From Gemmatimonadota bacterium (lineage in GTDB: Bacteria > Latescibacterota > UBA2968 > UBA8231), in NCBI GenBank assembly GCA_038128265.1, contig JAYPJE010000087.1, positions 1-13,433 of the forward strand: a stretch of 13,433 nucleotides of DNA, written 5' to 3'. This document shows positions 1 through 6,488 of the stretch, in pieces. The notes beneath the pieces are model-generated. The model did not search any database, was not told where the DNA came from, and saw only the letters and a program-made list of their open reading frames with translations. Positions within the stretch are counted from its first letter, which is position 1. The number at the start of each line of letters is the position of its first letter. Position numbers and translations under genes: made by a program.

Positions 1-1991
1 AGCGCCCAGCCGATGCCCTGCACGGCACCGCCTTGAATTTGTCCCTCCACATACGAAGGATGTATCGCCTTGCCGGCATCTTGGACCGCCGTATAGCGAA
101 GGATAGTGACCTTGCCCGTTTCTGGATCGACTTCCACGTCGACGATGTGGGTGCCCAGTGCCGGACCGGCGCCGCCCTTATTAACGCCAGAGCGACCGAC
201 GATGGGTCCGCCCGTTTCGTTCTGCTTGGCCGCTAGTTCCTTAAACGACATGCGTTTGTCGGCGTCTTTCGTATGCTGGAGCGTGCCGTCGACGTATTCG
301 ACCTCTTCGGCAGCGCATTCCCAAAAGTCGGCGGCGCGTGCGATGGCCTGCTGTCTGATGTCCTGTGCCGCTTCGTAGGCGGCCCAGCCCGTTTTAAACG
401 TCACGCCGCTGCCGCCTGTCATCGAAGTGTAGCCGATCGTATCGGTATCGGCGATCTGCGGCTTGACGTCTCCCACGTCAATGCCGAGGACCTCGGCCAG
501 CTGCTGGGCGATAGAGGTGCGCGTGCCGCCGATGTCGGGCGAGCCCTCGGCCAGCGTTACGGTGCCGTCGGAAATGACGGTCGCCACGGCGCAGGACGGA
601 CCGGAACCGTTGCCCCAATAGCCCGAAGCGACGCCGCGGCCGCGATAGGGGCCTTCCAACGGTGCGCTGTAGTGTGGGTGGTTGCGGGTGGCTTCTAGCA
701 CTTCGACAAAGCCGACGTTGGGCATCAGCGTGCCAAAGACGCGGCGCGTGCCTTCGCGCGCGCTGTTTTGCACGCGCAGGGCGATCGGATCAACGCCTAG
801 CTTTTCGGCCAGCTCGTCGAGGGCGGTCTCGAACGCAAAGGCGGCGGCCGGCGAACCAGGCGCGCGGTAGGCGGCGGTTTTCTGCGTGTTGCAGACCACG
901 TCAAACCCTTCAATGCGCGCGTTGGCAATGTCGTAGGGCGACATCATGCAGCGCGCGCCGCCCTGAACGGACGAGCCGGGAAAGGCGCCAGCGGCATAGG
1001 TCATAATCGCTTCGGCAGCGGTGATCTTGCCGTCCTTGGTCGCGCCAATCTTGACTTTGATATGCGAGCCGGAAGTGGGTCCCGTGCCCTCGAATACCTC
1101 TTGGCGGCTCATGACGACCTTGACGGGAGCGCCGGCCTTGCGCGCTAGCAGCGCGGCCACCGGCTCGCAGTAGACGCGCAGTTTGGCGCCAAAGCCACCG
1201 CCGATCTCCATGGGGACCGCTTTGATTCTTGAGCTAGGTATGCCGATGCAGCGGGCGGTGAAATCGCGCACATTGAAGTGGCCTTGGCTACTGGACCACA
1301 GCGTCAGACGGCCGTCTTCCTGCCACTGTGCGGTCCCAGCGTGCGGTTCTATATAGCCCTGGTGGACGGATTGGGTCGTCGTCTCTTTTTCGATGCAGAT
1401 ATCCGCTGCGGCAAAGCCCTCCGCCAAATCGCCGATGGCAAATTCAAAGCGGCTGGCCACGTTGGGCGCGGTGGCCATAGTTTCACCGGCCGCCGGCGGA
1501 GGCGTGGGCAGGTCCGGGTGCAAAACAGGGGCGTCGGGCCGCATGGCATCGAGTGCGGTAAAAACGGCCGGCAGCACCTCGTACTCTACTTCGATAAGCG
1601 CGAGCGCTTCTTCGGCTATATGTGGGTTGGTGGCGCAGACGGCGGCCAGCGCATGGCCGCGATAGAGGACTTTGCCGCGGGCCATGACGTTTGTGCAGGT
1701 AAAGGCGAAGTTGCGATCGTCCTCGGGCAGCGGTGCAAAGTCGTCGGCGGTAATGGCGGCGCGCACGCCGGGCAGCGCCAGTGCCTTGCTCAGGTCGATT
1801 GACTTGACAACGGCGTGGGCGTGCGGCGAGCGCAGCACTTTGCCGTAGAGCAGGCCGGGCAGCGATATATCGGCGCTGTAGCGGGCTTTGCCGGTCACTT
1901 TTTCCACGCCGTCGTGGCGCACGGGGCGTTTGCCCACGCTGTTGTATTCGCGCGTTGAAAGCACCTGATTTGGATGGTATGTAGCGGTCAT
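1..1991 (-). CDS. Xanthine dehydrogenase / aldehyde oxidoreductase family molybdopterin-binding large subunit (3' end beyond window)
   Basis: Not in ORF track because no stop falls inside the window. Hand translation from ATG at 1991 (AAGGA SD upstream): MTATYHPNQVLSTREYNSVGKRPVRHDGVEKVTGKARYSADISLPGLLYGKVLRSPHAHA. Family motifs: GYIEPH, WSSSQGH, EIGGGFGAK, AYRAPG (855-872), TGGSG, and VDVEVDPETGKV...QDAGKAIHPSYVEGQIQGGAVQGIGWA at the left edge. About 663 codons visible. Confidence 0.95.
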   Translation of the reverse strand, partial: MTATYHPNQVLSTREYNSVGKRPVRHDGVEKVTGKARYSADISLPGLLYGKVLRSPHAHAVVKSIDLSKALALPGVRAAITADDFAPLPEDDRNFAFTCTNVMARGKVLYRGHALAAVCATNPHIAEEALALIEVEYEVLPAVFTALDAMRPDAPVLHPDLPTPPPAAGETMATAPNVASRFEFAIGDLAEGFAAADICIEKETTTQSVHQGYIEPHAGTAQWQEDGRLTLWSSSQGHFNVRDFTARCIGIPSSRIKAVPMEIGGGFGAKLRVYCEPVAALLARKAGAPVKVVMSRQEVFEGTGPTSGSHIKVKIGATKDGKITAAEAIMTYAAGAFPGSSVQGGARCMMSPYDIANARIEGFDVVCNTQKTAAYRAPGSPAAAFAFETALDELAEKLGVDPIALRVQNSAREGTRRVFGTLMPNVGFVEVLEATRNHPHYSAPLEGPYRGRGVASGYWGNGSGPSCAVATVISDGTVTLAEGSPDIGGTRTSIAQQLAEVLGIDVGDVKPQIADTDTIGYTSMTGGSGVTFKTGWAAYEAAQDIRQQAIARAADFWECAAEEVEYVDGTLQHTKDADKRMSFKELAAKQNETGGPIVGRSGVNKGGAGPALGTHIVDVEVDPETGKVTILRYTAVQDAGKAIHPSYVEGQIQGGAVQGIGWA

Positions 1992-2044
1992 TGCGTCGTC
2001 CTTTTATCGCGTCAGTTAGTCGTGGGTCTCGGTTGGGCTGTGGT

Positions 2045-2812
2045 CTAGGCCAGCGCGAACACTTCTTCCAGATAGTCCAGGTTTTCGTCGACCTGCTGCT
2101 CGTCCATCATACCCAGCACCATGGCGTGCACGCCATCGACGGCGAAGGAGTAGTGAATGGCGCGGCGCGGATCGTTCGTCAGTTCGCTGCCGCCGCCGAC
2201 CACTTTCATGGCGTAGACGCCTTTGCCGGACAGAGCCATGCGCGCGATAACGGGGGCGACGTTGTCTGGCGTATCGTCCATGGCATGGCCGGCATAGTTG
2301 ATGCGCGCCAGCACGACATCGACCCAATCGCAGTCGGCCGCCGCACAGAACGCGCCAAAATCGTGACAGGAGACGCCGACGGCGCGAATGACGCCGCGCT
2401 CTTTATATTCGCTGAGCACGTCCATGGCGGCGCGGTGCTCAATGGGCCAGTTGGCGTTGGTTTGGCAGTGCAGCAGCACGATGTCGAGGTAGTCGGTGTC
2501 CAATTCGCGCAGAAAGCGCTCGAGATCGGTGCGCACCGCGGGCGCCTGGCGTGCGGTGGTCTTGGTTGTAATCGTCACATTTTCGCGCCCGACGCGCCGG
2601 TGGGCGCAGGCCACGTGCGGATGCGTGCCGTAGCCGTCGGCCGTATCCCAAAAACGGATCCCACGTTCGTAGCCATAGCACAGCAGGTCTGCGAGGCGTT
2701 CAACACCCAGATCGCCCTGATTCGAACGCCCGTTGTAGCCGTTGGTGCCCGTGCCAAAGCACAGGGGGGAAACGCTCAGCCCGCTCAGGCCTAGATCCAC
2801 TTTCTGCAGCAT
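2045..2812 (-). CDS. Aldo/keto reductase family oxidoreductase (255 aa)
   Basis: Typical AKR N-terminus MLQKVDLGLSGLSVSPLCFGT. Catalytic tetrad motifs DTADGYG (Asp, Tyr), ITTKT (Lys), LDIVLLH (His); also GVIRAVGVS. Start moved from 3133 (ORF track) to ATG 2812, which has a GGAGA SD; the longer ORF runs through the tRNA gene and terminator. Confidence 0.93.
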   Translation of the reverse strand: MLQKVDLGLSGLSVSPLCFGTGTNGYNGRSNQGDLGVERLADLLCYGYERGIRFWDTADGYGTHPHVACAHRRVGRENVTITTKTTARQAPAVRTDLERFLRELDTDYLDIVLLHCQTNANWPIEHRAAMDVLSEYKERGVIRAVGVSCHDFGAFCAAADCDWVDVVLARINYAGHAMDDTPDNVAPVIARMALSGKGVYAMKVVGGGSELTNDPRRAIHYSFAVDGVHAMVLGMMDEQQVDENLDYLEEVFALA

Positions 2813-2840
2813 GACGCATTCTCCGCGTTGGAACATGATG

Positions 2841-2858
2841 GCCGGCGATATCGCCGGC
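2841..2858. promoter_or_regulatory. Perfect 18-bp palindrome GCCGGCGATATCGCCGGC upstream of the AKR gene (operator or 5' hairpin candidate)
   Basis: Palindrome seen directly, 28 nt upstream of the AKR ATG and 6 nt downstream of a minus-strand TAGTAT -10-like hexamer (2865-2870). Function is inferred. Confidence 0.4.
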
Positions 2859-2937
2859 GGAAGGATACTATTAATTGCGAATGAGGGCGCTCTGCGCAAG
2901 GGCGGCATGGCGGGGCGTCGATTTGAAGGACTGGACC

Positions 2938-2973
2938 AAAAAAAGGGACACCCTCTTTGGGTATCCCTTTTTT
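2938..2973 (-). terminator. Rho-independent terminator of the tRNA-Glu gene
   Basis: Minus strand reads GGGATACCC-AAAGA-GGGTGTCCC followed by T7: a 9-bp stem with one U.G wobble (a C/A mismatch on the plus strand, so minus is favoured). Lies ~35 nt past the tRNA CCA. A T6 run on the other side makes bidirectional use possible. Confidence 0.88.
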
Positions 2974-3006
2974 CTTTGCTTCCGTGCGGCGCGAACGGAA
3001 GCAACA

Positions 3007-3081
3007 TGGCGCTCCCACGGAGACTCGAACTCCGGTTACAGGGTTGAAAACCCTGGGTCCTAACCGCTAGACGATGGGAGC
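3007..3081 (-). tRNA. tRNA-Glu (anticodon UUC), 75 nt, CCA encoded
   Basis: Reverse complement folds to a full cloverleaf: acceptor GCTCCCA/TGGGAGC, D arm GTCT-AGCGGTTA-GGAC, anticodon arm CAGGG-TT TTC AA-CCCTG, 4-nt variable loop TAAC, T arm CGGAG-TTCGAGT-CTCCG, discriminator G, CCA. U11-A24, U13.G22 and the missing position 47 fit known tRNA-Glu identity elements. Confidence 0.98.
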
Positions 3082-3104
3082 GAACTTCACTCTGTAAAGC
3101 GAAA

Positions 3105-3133
3105 AATATAGAATAAGCGCCCTTTTTTAGCAA
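3105..3133 (-). promoter_or_regulatory. Sigma70-type promoter for tRNA-Glu
   Basis: Minus strand TTGCTA (3128-3133), exactly 17 nt, then TATATT (3105-3110), in an AT-rich patch 23 nt upstream of tRNA position 1. Confidence 0.8.
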
Positions 3134-3167
3134 GCGCGATGCGGCAAATTATCCCGCTGTTCTACGG

Positions 3168-4595
3168 CTAGGCGAAGGGGGTCATATCCGGGTGTATATC
3201 GGTCCAGTCCGTCGCCTGCTCGTAGGTGCGCGCCAGGCGCAGCAGCCGCGCCTCGTCTCCGGGTTTGCCAATGAGCTGTAAACCAATGGGCAGGCCGTCT
3301 CGGGTCAGTCCACAGGGGAGGCTTATCGCGCAGAGCCCCAATGCGTTAACGGCACTTGTATTGCGCAGGCAGAGTCCGTTTATGCGGAAGTAGACGTCGT
3401 CGAGATCGACGTCCTGCACGGGTGGAGCGGCAAAGGGCGTAGTCGGCGTAATAAGGAAGTCGACCGCTTCTAGGGCTTCTAGTGCCTTGGCGCGCAGGGC
3501 GTCGCGCGCGCGCAGTTGGGCGAGGTAGTCGACGGCGGCAATGTCGCGCCCGTCCAGTATGCGTGCCGAGACGATGTCGTCGAATTGATCGAGGTGTTCT
3601 TCTAAGTCGCGGCGGTGATACAGATAGCTCTCTACCGCGGTGACGTTGGCGCCGCTGCGCCAGTGGCTCAAGTCGTCGAGCACTTCCAGCGAGATTTCGT
3701 CGACGTGCACGTTGAGATCGGCAAAGACTTGGGCGGTGGCGCGCACGGCCGCCTCGACTTCTTCGTCGACGTCGGCCCAAAAAAACTCGCGCGGAAAGCA
3801 CAGGCGGAGTCCCTTCACATCGCCGTCCAGGGCGTCGAGACCGGCGAAAGGCGGTTGTCCTGCGGTATTGGAGTCGGCCGGATCGGGTCCGCACAGGGCC
3901 TGAAAGAGCACGGCGCAGTCTTCGACCGTGTGGCAGAGCGGACCGATGGAATCGAGCGTCGGATCGAGCGGCAGCACGCCGCTATTGGATATGGAACCAA
4001 AGGTGGGCTTGAGGCCGACCAGACCGCAAAAAGAGGAGGGAATGCGCACCGAACCACCGGTGTCCGAGCCGAGGGCGGCCGGCGCCAGGCCTGCGGCAAC
4101 GGCGACGCCCGAGCCGGAAGAGGAGCCGCCCGGCAGGCGCGCCACGGCGGCGTCCCAGGGATTCCACGGCGTGCCGTAGTGGTGGTTGATGCCGGCGCCG
4201 CCAAAGGCGAATTCGACCATATGGGTCTTGCCCAGCAGCACCGCTCCCTCGCGGAACAAGCGGCTGGCAACGTGGGCATCGGCTTCGGCCCTTTGGCTGC
4301 GGCGCAGAATGGAGCCGGCGGTCGTCACCATGCCCTCGACGTCGATCAAATCTTTGAACGCCATTGGTATGCCGTGCAGCGGGCCGAGAACATGGCCGCG
4401 CGCCATGAGCGCCTCGCTCGCCTGTGCCTGGGCGCGCGCCCGTTCATGCGCAACGGCGATATAGGCGTTGAGCGCTGGGTCGAACTGCTCTATGCGCTCG
4501 AGAAAAAATTCGGTCAGCTCGACGGGCGAAATATCGCGTCGCCGCAGCATGCTGCCCAATTCGACCACGGATGCAAAAGCGAGCGACTCGTCCAT
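3168..4595 (-). CDS. Amidase signature family enzyme (GatA-like fold, probably not GatA), 475 aa
   Basis: GPLHGIPMAFKDL (catalytic Lys), PGGSSSGS (cis-Ser), LGSDTGGSVRIPS (nucleophile Ser), C-terminal GLPIGLQLIG. ATG 4595 preferred over GTG 4601 because AAGGA (4605-4609) is 9 nt upstream. Confidence 0.93.
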   Translation of the reverse strand: MDESLAFASVVELGSMLRRRDISPVELTEFFLERIEQFDPALNAYIAVAHERARAQAQASEALMARGHVLGPLHGIPMAFKDLIDVEGMVTTAGSILRRSQRAEADAHVASRLFREGAVLLGKTHMVEFAFGGAGINHHYGTPWNPWDAAVARLPGGSSSGSGVAVAAGLAPAALGSDTGGSVRIPSSFCGLVGLKPTFGSISNSGVLPLDPTLDSIGPLCHTVEDCAVLFQALCGPDPADSNTAGQPPFAGLDALDGDVKGLRLCFPREFFWADVDEEVEAAVRATAQVFADLNVHVDEISLEVLDDLSHWRSGANVTAVESYLYHRRDLEEHLDQFDDIVSARILDGRDIAAVDYLAQLRARDALRAKALEALEAVDFLITPTTPFAAPPVQDVDLDDVYFRINGLCLRNTSAVNALGLCAISLPCGLTRDGLPIGLQLIGKPGDEARLLRLARTYEQATDWTDIHPDMTPFA

Positions 4596-4661
4596 ATGCA
4601 CACGTCCTTGATATCGCCGGCCAGGTGCGGCCGTGCACGGCTAAAAAGTGCGAGTGGTGGT

Positions 4662-6473
4662 CTAATCTAACAAGGAAAAACCCGCGTAGCCCATGCGGTC
4701 TTCCTCGCCCTCGACATCGCCGTTGGGAAAATACTCGCTCCAGCGGCGCGTTACCTGTTTGACGATGGCCTCATCGGCGATCACCTCGCCGGGGTAGCCC
4801 GGCTTCATGCGGCAGTCGAGAACGATGGGTGGCTGGTAGCAGGGGTGATGCCGGCGCAGCTCGACGTCGGCGGCGTAGATATCGGCTGCCGGCTCAAAGC
4901 GCGTAAAGGTGCTCCATAGGAAGGTGATGTTTTTTTCTACGACGCGCGCATCGTCGACCAGAAAGACCAGCGGCCATTCGGCCAGGTTGGCATCGCGCGC
5001 TAGCTGCTGTGCATAACCTGGATCTTCGGTGTAGGATGGTCCCTGAACAGCTAAGCAGCCACCACAGTACACGCCGACGGCCTGCGCGCCGGCCGGAAGT
5101 GCTCCGGTAAATTCACCCGGCAGGTCGCGCACGGGATCGCCGACGCCGATGAGAATGCCTTTGCTGCCCTTGTTTACTTCGGGGCCGGTGTAGTCGAGCG
5201 TATCCATAGCGAGGTTGGCAAGGACAAAGAGATCCGTTTGCAGCTGGGTGCGCGCCAGTGCGTATTCGAGCACGCGGCGGAAGTCGCCCAGGTCAAACGG
5301 CGCGTCGACGACGACGAGAAACTTGGTCAGGTTGAGCTGGCCGCCGTCTTCGCCAAGAATGCGGAAGGCGAACTTCATGGCCTCGCGCGGGTAGCGTTCG
5401 GCAACGGCAATGGCAGAGAGCGAGTGGTAGCCGGTTTCGCCGTAGCTCCAGATAGCGCGAATGGCCGGCATGACCAGCTTGCTCAGCGGCGCCATCAGCT
5501 CTTGGATGTAGGTACCCAGGAAGAGGTCCTCCTGCGGCGGCTTGCCGACGACGGTCGCCGGAAAAATGGCATTCCTGCGGTGAAAGACGCGATCGACCTG
5601 CAAGATGGGGTAGTCGTGCTGCAGCGAATAGTAGCCGTAGTGGTCGCCAAACGGCCCTTCGGGCTGGCGCACGTGCGGCGGTACTACTCCACAGATGGCA
5701 AATTCGGCTTCGGCGACCAGCGGTAGGGCTGCCTCGGCATGGTTGACTTTGCGCAGGCGTTCGCCCTGCAGTAGGGAAGCCAGAACGAGCTCGGGCAGGT
5801 CTTCGGGCAGCGGTGCAATAGCCGATAGCATCAGTGCGGGCGGGCCGCCGACAAAGAGCGTCATGGGCAGGGCTTGGTTGCGCCCTTCGGCTGTGTGATA
5901 GTGAAAACCACCGCCCTTTTGAATTTGCCAGTGCACGCCCACGGTGCGGGCGTCGTGTCGCTGAATGCGATACATGCCGAGGTTGTGATGGCCCGTGTCC
6001 GGATGGTGGGTATAGACCAGCGGCAGGGTTACAAAATGACCGCCGTCTTCGGGCCAGGTTTTGAGCATCGGGATGCGCGTCAGATCGGGCTCGCGCTGCA
6101 CGACCTCGGTGATGGGTCCGCTGCGCACGGTTTTCATGCCGACGCGCAGCGCCTCAGGTACAATAGAGCGATGCCCCCACAGTTTACTCGGCGATAGGGT
6201 CGGCAGATCCTGGGCGATCTGCACCAGCTGCTTGATAAAGCGATCGGGTCGCGTGCCAAAGGCTAGATCGACGCGTTTGGGCGTTCCAAATAGGTTGGTA
6301 GCGCAGGGGAAGTCAGCGCCCTCGACGTTGTTAAACAGCAGGGCCGGTCCGCCGGCGGCAATGACGCGGCGGTGAATTTCGGCTAGCTCTTGGTCCGATG
6401 AGACGGGCGCATCTACTTCGACGATTTCCCGCTCGCGGCGCAATAAATCAATGTACTGTCGCAGATTTTTCAT
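4662..6473 (-). CDS. UbiD-family prenylated-FMN-dependent (de)carboxylase, long form (603 aa)
   Basis: GGPALLF, TNLFGT, TWPEDGG, HNLGMYR (conserved Arg), catalytic EGPFGDHYGYY, TVVGKPPQED, MDTLDY. Length exceeds the ~490 aa of E. coli UbiD because of a C-terminal extension, resembling long forms often annotated as menaquinone-pathway decarboxylases. Substrate not determinable. Confidence 0.95.
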   Translation of the reverse strand: MKNLRQYIDLLRREREIVEVDAPVSSDQELAEIHRRVIAAGGPALLFNNVEGADFPCATNLFGTPKRVDLAFGTRPDRFIKQLVQIAQDLPTLSPSKLWGHRSIVPEALRVGMKTVRSGPITEVVQREPDLTRIPMLKTWPEDGGHFVTLPLVYTHHPDTGHHNLGMYRIQRHDARTVGVHWQIQKGGGFHYHTAEGRNQALPMTLFVGGPPALMLSAIAPLPEDLPELVLASLLQGERLRKVNHAEAALPLVAEAEFAICGVVPPHVRQPEGPFGDHYGYYSLQHDYPILQVDRVFHRRNAIFPATVVGKPPQEDLFLGTYIQELMAPLSKLVMPAIRAIWSYGETGYHSLSAIAVAERYPREAMKFAFRILGEDGGQLNLTKFLVVVDAPFDLGDFRRVLEYALARTQLQTDLFVLANLAMDTLDYTGPEVNKGSKGILIGVGDPVRDLPGEFTGALPAGAQAVGVYCGGCLAVQGPSYTEDPGYAQQLARDANLAEWPLVFLVDDARVVEKNITFLWSTFTRFEPAADIYAADVELRRHHPCYQPPIVLDCRMKPGYPGEVIADEAIVKQVTRRWSEYFPNGDVEGEEDRMGYAGFSLLD

Positions 6474-6480
6474 GGGAGAG

Positions 6481-6486
6481 AATATA
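6481..6486 (-). promoter_or_regulatory. Candidate -10 box (TATATT) for a leaderless ubiD-family transcript
   Basis: Minus strand TAG-CG-TATATT-CTCTCCC-ATG: hexamer 7 nt before the ATG, no SD, identical to the tRNA promoter -10. Only a weak -35 is present. Confidence 0.45.
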
Positions 6487-6488
6487 CG

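Noticed and set aside
1..1991. Aerobic CO dehydrogenase large subunit (coxL)
   Set aside because: Active-site loop is AYRAPG and lacks the Cu-binding Cys of AYxCSFR.
2813..3133. 107-codon N-terminal extension of the AKR in the ORF track, reading in frame through the tRNA gene
   Set aside because: Its TTG start is the tRNA promoter's -35 box, it crosses a terminator, and it has no protein-like character. ATG 2812 has an SD and the canonical AKR N-terminus. Chance absence of stops.
3007..4595. Amidase as GatA functionally tied to the adjacent tRNA-Glu
   Set aside because: No gatB/gatC in the window. The motif is GKTHMVEFAFGG rather than the GatA-type GKTNxDEFAMGS, and GatCAB acts on misacylated tRNA-Gln/Asn, not tRNA-Glu.
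4630..4647. GCCGTGCACGGC palindrome next to an A run as a ubiD terminator
   Set aside because: On the transcribed minus strand the T run precedes the stem rather than following it, and the stem is short.
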